From Pseudovirgaria hyperparasitica (lineage: Eukaryota): a DNA stretch of 64,000 nt. The first letter of the stretch is position 1. Every line of letters starts with the position of its first letter. This document shows positions 38,598-51,407 of this stretch, piece by piece. The DNA lies in assembly GCA_010093815.1 (NCBI GenBank), contig ML996565.1; one strand, given 5' to 3'. The notes beneath the pieces were generated by a model. It was not told where the DNA came from. It worked only from the letters and a program-made list of their open reading frames with translations, and ran no database searches. The translations under genes were made by a program, and so were the position numbers.

Positions 38598-40121
38598 ATG
38601 CCTGAGCAGGAGATCACGCCCCTGCATATAAATCCCTGTGGAGGGCCAAACGCTGAATCGGACGCAGGATCAAGTTTTGAACCTTCCCGTGACGCCGAGA
38701 TATATTTGGATTTGGGGAAAACAACGGATGGCGATGACGATGACGATAACGATGATGAATCGGACACATCCACTGTCCAGTACGAACAGGAGTCCTTCGA
38801 TACCTTTAAGTTTAGAGTGCTACAATTTGCCCAGCGGATCTGGAATGTATCATCAGCTGAACACATTACGATCGAAAGATTGCGGGGAGGAGGATACAAT
38901 CGGGTTATTGGTATCACTGTCGACACGCCTGGAGCAGCCGGAAGCGCTCAGTATATTCTGCGGATCGCGCGGTCTTATAGACCTAGAGTCGACCGAGACG
39001 CTGCCGCCTTCATCTTCGCCAAAAGATGTGGTGATCTCGTACCAGGATGTATGCCAGTTCCTCATGTGCTGGCCTTTGAAGAAGCACCTTGCAATGAACT
39101 GGACGCTCCTTACATGATCCAAAGCCGGCTACCGGGGGAAAACCTTCGCACAACATTCCTAGATCTGGAACACCATCAAAAAGTCCAAGTAGCGACACAA
39201 CTTGGCCGCATAGTTCGCCTCATGCTATCTGTCAAGAAACCTCAGGCAGGGCAGATTGCCTTTTCTGCAGATTCTCGAGCCATGAATATCTGCAACCATC
39301 GGATCGACTCATCTATCCCCTCGGACAGAAGTTCCTTTTTTCTCCCACAGCCCATCATAGAGCCTTTCTTAACCTCGCCTGTGTTGCAACATAACAGGTC
39401 TTGTTCTACCGGAGAGTTTATAATAGGCAAATTCAAGTCACGAAAGAAAGCGCTTGAAGAGGAAAATGTGGATGAATCCACAAAGTATTTCGACGAAGAC
39501 TATCTGGACCAACTAATCACCATGACCACAGAGATGGATAGTGAGGGATGGTTCAGGAACGTTCCGTTCTCTCTGTGCCACTGGGATTTTGAACCTCGAA
39601 ACATTCTTCTTAGCTCCGACCGAGACGCGTCATCAGATGTCAATATCACAGGTATCCTAGACTGGGACCACGCCAGCATTGCACCAGCTTTCATGTCGTG
39701 TAGGCCGCCAATGTGGATCTGGGCATGGGATGATGAAGATGATGAGGATGAGCGCCTGGCCAACGATGAGCCTGCCACGCAAGAGGATCGTGAACTGAAA
39801 CAATGTTTCGAAGAAGCTGCTGGGCCAGAGTATGTGCGTTACGCATATCCTCCGCCATATCGACTTGCTCGAAGACTTGTGCGGTTTGCAATCGAAGGAT
39901 TCAGTCCCAATGATAACAACATGCGCTTCAGTCACTTCTATCAAGAAGCCGAAGCAATGATGGCAGAATGGGCTGGCATGCGGACAGTCTCTCCTGTAGA
40001 GCGTCAGGAGGGTCCTTGCGACGAAGTGCAACAGAATGGTACTGGAGAAGAGTGCTCGACAGAAAGCATTGGGACCACCAGTGACGAAGGGGCTGTGTTC
40101 GTTGATCCGGACCAGGACTAG
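38598..40121 (+). CDS. Phosphotransferase enzyme family (APH / protein-kinase-like) protein
   Basis: RGGGYNRV P-loop, YILRI, PVPHV, PYMIQSRLPG, LCHWDFEPRNIL catalytic loop, ITGILDWD. Confidence 0.88.
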   Translation: MPEQEITPLHINPCGGPNAESDAGSSFEPSRDAEIYLDLGKTTDGDDDDDNDDESDTSTVQYEQESFDTFKFRVLQFAQRIWNVSSAEHITIERLRGGGYNRVIGITVDTPGAAGSAQYILRIARSYRPRVDRDAAAFIFAKRCGDLVPGCMPVPHVLAFEEAPCNELDAPYMIQSRLPGENLRTTFLDLEHHQKVQVATQLGRIVRLMLSVKKPQAGQIAFSADSRAMNICNHRIDSSIPSDRSSFFLPQPIIEPFLTSPVLQHNRSCSTGEFIIGKFKSRKKALEEENVDESTKYFDEDYLDQLITMTTEMDSEGWFRNVPFSLCHWDFEPRNILLSSDRDASSDVNITGILDWDHASIAPAFMSCRPPMWIWAWDDEDDEDERLANDEPATQEDRELKQCFEEAAGPEYVRYAYPPPYRLARRLVRFAIEGFSPNDNNMRFSHFYQEAEAMMAEWAGMRTVSPVERQEGPCDEVQQNGTGEECSTESIGTTSDEGAVFVDPDQD

Positions 40122-41444
40122 TCGTAGACTGTAAAGCCTCTCTTCCGTAGACTACAGTACTTCTTCTCCTTCTTCCCTTTCTCTTGCCTGACTCAAACTA
40201 GAATCATCACTTCTTACATCTTCTTCAACAGAAACACACGCCATACGGAAAGCTCGAGAGCGTCAAAATCTCTCGTCATACTGTCTCTAGGTCAGAGATG
40301 AGTTGCAAAGCTCATACCTAAATGTTCTGTCGTAAACAATGTAAGGCATAGCTCTAAATACTCATTCGTTCAGAACGCTTCTTGTGCAATATGGCTCACT
40401 CATGATGCATAGTCCTACCAAGCATACGTCTTTGTGCAATCATTTGCTATATGGGCCCTACGGAAGAGTTAAGAAAGAGCCCATAGCTTTAGATTTCGGC
40501 ATTCGACCCAGATGTACGAATACGTATCTATGAACGTCAGTCGATGAACCATCTCTTCATTAAAACAATTGAATCCTCACGACCTGGCTACTTAACCGTG
40601 AACAACATGTCTCATTCTTCTGGATAGGTAGTCTCTCAATGGCAGCAGCGTCTACACTATATGCAACTGCCTCTAGATCAAATACGATGATGAAAACGAG
40701 AGAAGGGTACGAGTTGTGCTAACGGGATAGACTGGTCCCTTTGAATTCTGCATGGTCCAAAGGCGAACCTGCCCTTCACGATCGGAGCATGACTTCGTCA
40801 GACAGAATATTGCGACTGGAGACCTGTCAGTAATCACCCAGTCCCCAGCCAGTCGTGGACACAAATACCTAGACTGCATTGCGTTGAGCTTGCTATTTTT
40901 CTCTATAGACCCCTGAAAATCCTGTGGTATATGATAATAGCGTCCGTTCGACGCATATATTGATGGAAAGTCTTCGCATATGAGGGAAAAAGACAACAGG
41001 AATATCCAGGGCGCACTTGGACCCTAACAATGTTCTATCCTTACCATCATCGAGCTCCGACCAATCGTACTAGTCAAAATACGAGCATTAAGACGCTACA
41101 TTGCTTAGCGCCATCAAGCTACACGGCTCGGATGCTTTCATTTCTCCTCCGACTCGCCAGATTGGGGGATGCCCAGTCCGATCTTTGTCGGATCCTGCCT
41201 CGGTCAGTCTGGGCGAGAGTCATAGCAGCCATATTGCTCCAATAATGACTGCGACCTCGTATTCAGGCTCCACGTGTGATCGCCTTCAGCTTTCAAGAAC
41301 ATGGCTCGCTCATTGAGCGTGCTGATGGCTTTCCGTTGGCGTTGGAAATCATGACTCGAATGACAAGGCTGGCGCTCATATCAAGAGTGCTTCCTCGCCT
41401 TGCATATCCTTTTCCAACATCAAGGCGTGCAAGGAGAGAGCAGG

Positions 41445-42668
41445 ATGTTACTATCTGCACTATATATCGCGTTCATTGCTTTCGCGACTTCAGCGTACGC
41501 CGGCAACTATGCAGGCGACTTCAACGCGCTCATCGAATTCGCGCCGCTGGCTGTAGATTCATCAAGCAATGCTTCGAATGTCGAGCAAGCCAAGAGCAAC
41601 GATTACGGGATGGACATGTTTGCGGCAATGAAGTCGAGGCGACAGTCTTGCTCAGCTGGTTATGGGATATGCTATGGTACGAGCAGTGTTTCCGCATCCG
41701 GCAACTTTGTTCTGAACTTTCCACAGAGACTGGGCGTTGTTGCCCCGACCCGGACGGCCAAGGCGGATGCTGTGATGGCTCGGGAGTGTGTATCACTGCT
41801 GGCGACACCTGCTGTGCGGCTGGTCATGCGTGTCAAGCGGGCCGGGATTGTTGCGGTGATGGATGCGTTACCGAGGGCTCACAATGCTGTCAAGGAACAA
41901 GTTCGTAAAGACATTAATATCCACAGACTTTGATCCTGACCAATCCAGCCGTATACGTTTGTACTTCCGACGAGGAGTGCTGCTCAGACTCCTGCATGCC
42001 AATAGGGAGTCAGTGTTGCGACAGTATGTATCAAGTCCAGTGATCTCTTCTGCATTGGCTAAGGCATTCTAGATGGTCAGTATTGCGAAAGTGGTAATAG
42101 TTGCTACAGCTTTGACGACGATCCATCCGATATCTTTTGCTGTACTAATGAAGCCTGCACTGCTTATGTCGAGGGCGGCGTGACGACAACACGTACGACT
42201 TCACAGGCTCCACCACAAAGCACCCGTCTACCCTCAACAGAAGAGTATCAGTACTACTACATCGTCTATACTTGGTACTACTATGCCTATTACTATACTC
42301 TTGTTCAACGAACATCTGTCGTTACCTACACCTACACCACGACTACAACTACATTATCAATATATGCCACCAACTCCCAGGAGGCCTCTTCCATCGGAGA
42401 AAGCCAGATCGAGACAATCACGCGAATACCTCCGGAGGATGCAAGTACCGAGTTGGCGAGTCTTGTTGAGACAGCTCCACCATCAGTATCGCAGACAGCC
42501 AATATCATAGCGGGGACCATCGCACCCGGAGGTACGAGAAGCGTAGCAGCGACCACTACCGGGACGGGGCCGGAAGAGACCGAAGGTGCGAGCGCTGGAG
42601 CGAGGATTCAGGCGGGCCTACCATTAGTGGCGATAAACGCGATGGTAGCATTATGGATCTACATGTAA
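41445..42668 (+). CDS. Cys-rich GPI-anchored cell-surface protein
   Basis: Signal peptide MLLSALYIAFIAFATSAYA, repeated CC motifs across short exons, Tyr/Thr-rich segment YYYIVYTWYYYAYYY, S/T stalk and hydrophobic C-terminus. Confidence 0.8.
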
Positions 42669-43583
42669 ATCCGGAAGTTAATAGATGAGGTACACTATAG
42701 GCAACATTATCCGTCTAATGTAATGTAGGGTTAATTCAGATCATGTTTCGTTGACGACTTTTCTTATCAGACGTCCAAACGGGCTGCTGTATTTCCGTCC
42801 ATGTCTACGCTCAACTAATCTTACCAACTGCAACTCAAAATCATGCCCGAGTGAGCAGTCCTTATACTTGTAGAGCATACATAACAAAAAAACCATGCGG
42901 ACAGCAAATCCCTGACACATAGCGAAGTATCATGAAAGATACCAGAGTGACGGAAACGGTGACAGCAACTGTGAAGTGCTAAGAATGGCAAGTTCTGACC
43001 TTTGGGCGGCAACAATAGGTCTCCGTAGAAGACGGCACTATATAAGCTCTCCCAAGATGAGGGTTAAATGCGAAAAAATATTCACACGAGCAAAGGAGCG
43101 CCCTGTTCCAAAGAGTTATGCATGCGGCGCTAGCAGTTCAGATCTCAAATAACAAGGGGGAGCATTTCGCCGTCCGGGGCGTCAAGTTGACTATGCCTTG
43201 TGGAACATATCTGACTCCCGTGACATGTTTGAGAAGTTGATAATCAGTGCTAGGTGATGTGTCGCAGGTTATTGCATGTCCGCCAGAAGCTGAGTATAGC
43301 TGGATCATTAAGCCATCCAAGCAGTCGGACTCGTACTACAGGTATTCGTGCTGCTCTGGGGAAATGCTTATGATCTGAAGAGGACGACGGCGGAAGGGTA
43401 GCAAGACGTCAAATGAAACAATATGGAGGTGTATTGTGTATTATTGGATGATTATTTGAAGACAGTCAGACTATAGTTGAGCAGTTCTACGTGCGGGTAG
43501 GCTCTCTCTGTCTGAGACCTGCCATATTCACGAAGTCCTTCCTCGTCCACACGTCAAATATGCAATGAGGACAGAACAAATCT

Positions 43584-45227
43584 CTACTTTTTACCGCGTC
43601 GACCTCCCCGACGACTGTCACCTTGACCTCCACGGGCACCACCACGTCCTCCTCTACCGCCACCACTTCGTTCAATATGGCCAATGTTCAAGCCTTGCAC
43701 ACCTCTAAGGCCCATCTTTCCGACAACCGTTCTGTCAATCAAAGGAGGTTCGGGACAGCCCATCGCTCGTGCATATTCATTGGCCTCTTGAACGAGCATG
43801 TTGTTATCGAACTGGAGTTGTTTTGTAAAAGATTTGTTGAAACCCAACCAGGCCTGATATGCTTTTGCCTTGGTGAGCTGATCAACGCCTGTGAAAGCTG
43901 CGGCTAATTCACGGGGTTGGCTCAACGCTAGGTCTTCGAGAAGATCTACAGGGTAAGGTTGAATGGGGAGACGCTTGTTGACATGCAAAAAAAAGCGTTC
44001 GCGTTGTGTCAGGATTATGAATGCGCGACCTTCGTTTCCGGCGCGCGCGGTACGACCAACTCGGTGGACGTACTGATCGCCACTGGATGGCAGACCCACC
44101 TGGACGACATGCGAGACATTCGGGAAGTCCATTCCACGGCCGATAACGTCACTTGCAAACATGATGCCAGCTTTGGCCTCCTTGAATTCATTGGTTGTTC
44201 GTGTGCGGTTCGATTGAGTGAGTCGCGACTGGAGCTGGAAGACTTGGAGCGTTGAATTGCTTGCAAGCAGATTGGTGAATAGCGAATGCATAAGTGCCAC
44301 GCCATTGGCTGTGGTCCCGAAAACAATGACCTTGAAATCGCCGACAGTGGATTTGTATTCCATCTGCAGGAGCGCCCAGAGTGCATTATACACGTCGCTG
44401 ACTGACGGCACAACCGCAAAAAACTGGGGTACACGATCGATTGTTGGCGTCTCGTTAGGATCAACGGTCGATAAACGAGTGTGGTCGTTCTTCAGGACTT
44501 TTGACAGCACAGGTTGGATTTTTGGAGGAATAGTGGCGCTGAAACACATGCCTTGCCAATTGGCTTGCTGCTTCTGTGGGAGTCGGCGCAAGATGTCGTT
44601 GAGGGCTACTAGAAAACCGGCCTCTAGCATTTGATCCGCTTCATCCAGAATCAAAGTGCGAATGGATTGAAATTTATGGGCGATGTATTCATCGTTGAGG
44701 TAGTCATTTAGTCGACCGGGAGTCGCCACCAAGACCTTTGGGTCACCACCGAGGAATGTTTTCAGATCACGCTCCTTTGAGGTACCACCGTACGCGGTAT
44801 GACATTCGATCTTCGGTTGGAGTTTGGCTGTGACTGCATTGCATTCTTTCGCGATTTGCAGTGCAAGCTCACGAGTAGGTGAGAGGATGAGGATCGCAAC
44901 CTGGCCTTTCGGAATATTTTGATTCGAGGCGAGTAGTGACTGCAGCGCTGGCAGTAGGAATGCAATTGTTTTGCCAGTCCCAGTCTTAGCTTGGACGAGG
45001 CAGTCGGCTTGATAGTTCGGTAGCTCGGTGAGCACTTTTTCCTGAACCGGTGTCATGAACCTGGGCTTGGTGGTCAGTATATGCCTCCGATTGGCGCTAA
45101 ACCAGGACGGACGTTTTTCTCACTGGTAACCCATGCTGTTCAGGCCGTTCAGCAGGCCTGGGGCCACATTGCTCTCAAGGACACTCCATCTCTGCGGCTC
45201 CCTGGTCGTTGTTCCAGCAGTGGCCAT
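43584..45227 (-). CDS. DEAD-box RNA helicase, Mss116/CYT-19-like
   Basis: Short exon 1 (MATAG…SMGYQ), intron, then Q-motif MTPVQ, AKTGTGKT, PTRELA, TPGRL, DEAD, SAT, RGMD, HRVGRTARAG and an RGG-rich tail. Confidence 0.92.
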
Positions 45228-45640
45228 AGTGTGGTTTCGCGTATGCACGGAGATGCCCAGATGCAGTGGTTGAGGACTGAGAGCCTTGGGCAACTGTGAG
45301 CTGTATGTTGTATGTGAAGGACTGTGACGCGTTTCTAAACAACGATTGAAAGAAATTGGAGATGCCAAGCTTTGAGGCGTCGACACAGGGCTCGCGCTAA
45401 CCCATAATCGGCTTAGCTGTAATTGACAACGTTGATTACGCTCCACGACGATGACATTCACTTGTCTGCACCAGCGTTGCAGCAGCGTCTCACATGTGCC
45501 ACCGGCTATCAGGAATCCTGAAGATGTACTCAAGACTTGAAAGGGGTGCCCGTGCTGACAAAACAGGCAGTGGATATTACATCTGACTCGAATTCCAGAC
45601 CTGAAAGCAAGAATCCACTGTGACGTGACCTTTCCACCCC

Positions 45641-46750
45641 TCACGCCACAGTAAGGTTGTCCATCACCTCGACATTGACCTTCCACTGGTCCCACAGATG
45701 TGGCATCACTCCCTGCATCAACGTGGATGCAAATTGCTCTTTGGCCATGTGCTTCAATGACCAGTAGTGTCGTAGGAACTGTCCGGTACATTCGGGGATG
45801 TTTACCTCAGGACAACCGTTCGCATCTCGACATGGCAGCTCTTTGATGTTCTCCCCGAACTCATATCGAATGAACTCTCCTAGTGCGGACTGTTCATGGA
45901 AATACTGTAGCTTCCATTTCTCGCACCCTGGATATCGTTCGCCTTTCGTACACTCACTCCACGCGTCGTATATATCTTTCGCGTGTGGAGCCGCGGGCTG
46001 CGTAATCATGAACCCTGTATTCGGCAGCACACGGTGTTTCGAATCGAAATTTGCTCCTGCGGCCGGATCTAGAGCGGTGGCGAGCGCAGTCGCTTCAGTG
46101 ATGTTCCAGTAGTTGAACAGCCATTCCAGCGGAAGGTGAGGATGCACAAATGCCACATCCGCATCCAACGTTACGATCCAGTCGTACGAACTCAACATAC
46201 TGGCCGTCGCAGCGATCTTACCCCAGGTTCCGTAGTGACCCTCCCATGATTTTGCACGGATGAACCTATAGTCGTATCCGTGAATTAGTGCGAAGAGTTG
46301 ATGCGACAAGATTCCTGCAGAGAGATAATGTAGGTTATCCCATCTAGGAGCGTCTGTAGAGAACACTTGGCCTTCTCCATCGAGCGGTCGAGTATCGACA
46401 TCAAGTATGAGCAGCCTCTTTCCGAGTCGTGATGTAAATCGTAGCGGTTCAGATGTGGACAGATTGTGACGTTCGCCCGAGAGATCAATAAAGCTTGAGG
46501 CATCGATATCGACTACGGAAGACTGATATAGGGCCCGAAGTATGTCAAGAACATTGTGTGTACTCTGCGGGACCGAATTGACGGAGCCAGGGCCATCCAC
46601 CGAAAATGTTACGAGATGGAAGCTTCGCTGTACCAGATGTGTTGGTAGCTGGCTAAAGGTGAAAACTAAAAGGCAAGTTCCAAACACGAGGAGCCAAGCA
46701 GCGACTCTTGGTATTGGAATAGAGGTGAGATGTCGCATGATAACCAGCAT
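45641..46750 (-). CDS. Type II membrane glycosyltransferase, GT34/GMA12-MNN10-like
   Basis: N-terminal TM helix, ALIHGYDY, GTWGK, DXD motif LDADVAF, NTGFMI, HEQSAL, RHYW. The start Met is uncertain (46750 or 46738). Confidence 0.82.
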   Translation of the reverse strand: MLVIMRHLTSIPIPRVAAWLLVFGTCLLVFTFSQLPTHLVQRSFHLVTFSVDGPGSVNSVPQSTHNVLDILRALYQSSVVDIDASSFIDLSGERHNLSTSEPLRFTSRLGKRLLILDVDTRPLDGEGQVFSTDAPRWDNLHYLSAGILSHQLFALIHGYDYRFIRAKSWEGHYGTWGKIAATASMLSSYDWIVTLDADVAFVHPHLPLEWLFNYWNITEATALATALDPAAGANFDSKHRVLPNTGFMITQPAAPHAKDIYDAWSECTKGERYPGCEKWKLQYFHEQSALGEFIRYEFGENIKELPCRDANGCPEVNIPECTGQFLRHYWSLKHMAKEQFASTLMQGVMPHLWDQWKVNVEVMDNLTVA

Positions 46751-47177
46751 TTCTTTATTGATAACGAAAAGGTTTACGGCATTTCCGCACTTAAGTATGT
46801 GTCTGGAGCGCAAACATAATGAAGCCGTGCTACCTCAAACAAGGTCAAGTCTTGCATGGAACTGTGCGAGAAGTGCGAATTAATTGCAAGGACTGAAATC
46901 CTGAGATGGCCCTGTGGTGAACAGTGCCAGCATGGTTCAAAGCTCAGACTCATCGCTACTTCATTCCGTGGTCTGTGGGGTGCTTACGAGCTTTACGTAC
47001 AAATCCGTTCTCAATCCTGGCAGATTTTGAAACCCTGTAGTTGCCCGAGGGTACGTGCTCTAAGAATAGAGTCTTACAGACTGATAAAAACTATGTCCGG
47101 AGGTTGAGAAATTGCAAGTCTTTCCACAAAGCGCAAGGGGCCCAGCTATCTTTTCCTTGTTGCGGTCGCTCCTTAGG

Positions 47178-48431
47178 ATGCACGATCAAGAGAACACCAC
47201 AGGCTCGAGAAGCACTGAAAATGTTAATTTTCCAGACGAAGAAGCGGATTTACGGGTCTTAGACAGCTCCAACACTCACATACCCGTATCAATTTGGTAT
47301 GTCAAGAGATCAGCGCTATAGGATCATGTCATCACTGATCCTTAATTAGTGCATGGATAGCCTTGAGTTCGCTCGTTATTGCCTTCAATAAGTGGATTCT
47401 AGAGCGCGCACCATATCGTGAGACCCTACAGAGCATATACTTCGATCGTAACTGACAGAAGATGAGCTATTCTACTTACAACATGGCATCTGATCACGGC
47501 CTCCCTACTCACGCAGATACTAGCGTTATGCTCTCTACTGAGGTTTTCCGACCACAGGATCACTCCGCACAAATACATCCAGGCAATTGTCCCAATCGGC
47601 GTTTTCTACAGCTTCAGCCTCGCGTGTGGCAACATAGCATATCTGCACCTTAGTGTCTCCTTCATCCAGATGCTCAAGGCTATGGCACCAGTCGCTGTTT
47701 TGCTAACAAGACTTGCCATAGGTCTTGCCCGACCAGATCTAGAGGTTCTGTTCATTGTTATGCTGGTCGCGGTTGGTACCACTGCGACAACCTCCAGTGA
47801 AGCGCTATTCAGTTGGGTTGGCTTCCTCTATCAAAGTGGTGCTGTGGTATTTGAAGCTGTACGGGTGGTGCTGGTCGAGAAGCTGATGGGTACCAGAGAA
47901 AAGATGGACCCATTAGTCGCACTATATTACTACGCACCAATATGTGCAATCATTAATACAGCATTATTCATAGTATTTGAGCTTCCGAGAGTCAATCTAC
48001 AAGAGATAGTGGCGGTGGGCGCAGGAGTCTTGCTGTACAATGCGGCAGCAGCATTCCTACTTAACGTTTCCTCCGTGATGGTGGTAAGTTCTCGAACTAT
48101 GACTTGGACCGGCATATCTGACACAAGATAGATTGGGAAGTCATCCTCCCTAGTCTTGTCCCTTTCGGGTATACTTAAGACTATAATAATAGTCGTTGGA
48201 TCAGTGCTATTCTATGGAGACACTGTGTCTGCTATCCAGGTTCTGGGCTACTCAGTAGCCCTGATAGGCTTAATCATGTATAACGTGGGATTCATGCAAG
48301 TTCTCGAGACCTCAAGAAACATACGGCAGGCAGCTTCTAGCAATCCGCTCGTCTTGATTGCGATTATAACGACCGGCATTAGTATAGGATGTATGATGGT
48401 GGTGTACTTCCAAGGAGTACTTCTCGCTTGA
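47178..48431 (+). CDS. Triose-phosphate/nucleotide-sugar transporter family (TPT) membrane protein
   Basis: Spliced exons give AWIALSSLVIAFNKWIL, LLTTWHL, IVPIGVFYSFSLACGNIAYLHLSVSFIQMLKA, MDPLVALYYYAPIC, IGKSSSLVLSLSGILK. Confidence 0.88.
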
Positions 48432-48539
48432 ATGTAATAGCAAGCGGTCAGCAGATAAGATGGCAACTTTTCAATACAAACACATATCGCCAGCTTGTTA
48501 TCTCCTATTAACACTCCGCCAAGTAATTCTTAGATCATG

Positions 48540-49560
48540 GAGTAGGACCAAGCAGTCACAAATACTCTCGTATTACTCAATCTACCCCGTGGAGAACTTA
48601 CTATTAGTCCTAAAAGAGACGTAAGAGTACCGTGATGCTATATTGTCAAGGAGATTAGTATAGAATGTCAAATGGTAGGAGCAAAGGCAGCTTATCTACC
48701 TACTCTTGTCTCAGTAATGCTAGGAGTATTGAGTGGTCTCTACAATACTTACTATAGTCACATATAGGGTAAGCTTTCTTTGGAGCTCTAATCTCTTACC
48801 TCTATAAGTGGACATTAGATACGGAGACTCTGTATGTCATGCTCTCCGCTACTCCCCTAAGCCCAGATGGATAGTCACCACATGTGCATGTCAGATCAAT
48901 ATCACGAATCTAAGGAGTCTTCGAGTGGCTATCAATCTAATGGTAGGAGTGGGCAGAGGATCGATTCCATAGTACAAAGACTGGCCATCTTTCATGTTTT
49001 AACTTAGTTTTATCTCCTTATGGTTCACTTAGAGTTACACAAATTCGTTGCATATGCCACCTGTTGCCTATGCCGGACATCTACATCTTCTGAATATTCT
49101 CTATGGCATTCTTCTAACATTAAATATCTAGATTTGTGAATGCGACTTTGTAATAGATGAAACATGATCAAAAAAAATACTCTATAGGAATCTAAAAGTA
49201 AGAGTACTCTAAAATACTAACAGCATAATTATATCCAAGAAGGAAATTCATTTACTAGTTAAAGAGGTGATATCTAGGTTGTGAATGATACATAGAATAC
49301 TAGCAGTAGATACCTTAGTAAATCAATTCGCGTTTCTAATGGATATTCCAAACATGATATGCAATAGATCATATAGATATCGATACATATCAAGTCTAAT
49401 CATTATATGCCCCGTGACAGATATACTTATCAAGAAGATAGCTATAATGCGAAAAATAGTATAAACCTTGAGGATGACTCTATCTATCCTTAACTTAGAT
49501 AATTGCTGTTTACATACCAGTCTTAATAACAGGCTTTGTCATTCATTCCATTTTAGATGA
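48540..49560. other. AT/TpA-rich tract, probable RIP-degraded transposon or repeat relic
   Basis: About 1 kb with dense TA/TAG/TAA, low GC and no ORF of 60 aa or more in the track. Confidence 0.5.
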
Positions 49561-49598
49561 TTGAGGACGCTACACATACATGTAGCGACGTAGCATTC

Positions 49599-51054
49599 CT
49601 AGAATCCTAGATAATCAAGCAACCTCTTCAGTTGCTCCTCATTCTCGCGCCTGCATTTCTTGATCACTTCTTCTGACTGTCGTTGCAAGATGTCAGGATT
49701 ACTGAGACGCCATGGCACGATAGTACGTAGTATAGTGTCAACATCTGCCACCTTTTCGATTCCCTTGATCGTCTTAGGCCTCCTGACGTCCAGCTTCTCT
49801 AGCTCCTCATCTAAGACTCTCGCAGCTTCCCAGTCTACTCCATTCTCAGTAGATTGTGGGAGAGGTGAGGGAAACCCGTGCAGCCTAGCTTCGGTCAGTG
49901 CCGCTTGCTCACCTCCTTCTTCACCACACCAGCCTCGAAATTGGCCGCCGGCACCAAGAAAAGACCGTAGGTACTCGTAAGAAGGGTGCAAGATACTAGA
50001 GAAGTCGTAATCAATCAATCCAGTAATACGAAGGGTCGAAGGGTCGATGAGAAGGTTACTGGGGTCTGTTGGAAAAAAGACTGTTAGTCTGGTAGCATGT
50101 ACGCGAAGTGAAAGAAGGACAAGGAGACAAGGCTTGGAAAGGGGTACTTACTGAAGTCGGCATGTACAATTGACTTGTCCTGCTTTGTCTCCAGTGATTC
50201 GAATTGAGCTGAGAGTCCACGCTCAACAAATGCATCCAACCTGTCTCTGATACCTTCACCGCGCCATCCTTGAACGTGAGGATTTTCGTCCACTTCCCGG
50301 AATTCCTCTTCTATTCGACCCCTAAAAGAAGCCTCATACGATGGCCATGGTCCTTTGCCAACAGTAGGCATGACCGCGCTTACGATTTTGCCATCCTTGT
50401 CAAAGGTCACACCTCCAAATGCGGTAATAGTTTCGGGAAGTTGGTAGTCCTGCAAGCCTTTGAGCAGTCTAGCCATCTGTGCAAACACTTCCCTCTTCTG
50501 CGGAAGTTCCATTGATGGGAATAATTCATCCAGAGAGGTACCAGGCATCAGTTCCTGGATGGTCCAACCAAAGGAAGACTTGGCTGCCGCACTGCCCCAG
50601 GCATATATAGACGGAACCACATGTGGCTGGAAGTCCCTCAGCGCTGAGGCGGCGAGACTGATGATGGCCACTTCGTTCTCAATCCTGGTCTCATGATGCA
50701 TTCCTTCAGCATTGGGATTTGCAAGGCGCACTATGAGATTCTTGGTGCCGTCGGGAATTGATACACAGCCAGGACGGTGAGATACGCCATACTTCCTTCC
50801 CTGGTCTGAGCTGGTCGGTTCACAGAGTGTAATACGATAGACAAAATTATTGTATCTAAACGGAAACTCGGGGTCGTATAGGATGGGAGTGATTTCAGCA
50901 TCTGACTATGATGCGGTGAAAAGTTAGCATCAGGCACCACCCTTGAGCATGCCGATGGAATTAGGCTTACGTTGACGCCTAATTCCTCACGCAGCAGACT
51001 TTGAACGAAGTCGATTCGGGCTTGGTAGCCCATATGATTGTGATTAGTGGACAT
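49599..51054 (-). CDS. Phosphotransferase enzyme family (APH / protein-kinase-like) protein
   Basis: Three exons: …FRYNNFVYR…, IENEVA, VPSIYAWG, WTIQELMPG, IVHADF|TPSNLL, ITGLIDYDFS, EYLRSF. Confidence 0.85.
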
Positions 51055-51407
51055 GATGATAGACTCTAGAAGTGACTCAATAATTTTCTTTCGTAAGCTC
51101 TAAACGTCAGTAATTTTGAACGGTAGTGATGGAATGTACCAGTGGACAACAAAAAGGTTTGTGGGGTTTATATACTTGCACGTAGTGCAGATCTCACAGG
51201 GATCGAAACGCCAGGCACCACCTTCACTTCAGGTAAGGTACACACTTGGCAACATCACGTGATGTGGGATGAAGAGCACAGACTTGCTTGGCGCAGCTGT
51301 GCCTCAATTCAATTGCGATGGGCTTATTTCTTGATTATGCTACGGCTAGCGGTCTAGCTTGCGATTCATCCCACCGTCTCCGCTACCAAGAAAGGTAGCA
51401 ATGTTTC

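Noticed and set aside
40600..41000. Minus-strand fragment with FPHMRRLSINI-like text
   Set aside because: Multiple stops and no supportable product.
45120..45791. 223-aa ORF upstream of and in frame with helicase exon 1
   Set aside because: It overlaps the glycosyltransferase 3' end and its N-terminal part looks non-coding. Only the last 35 codons are used as exon 1.
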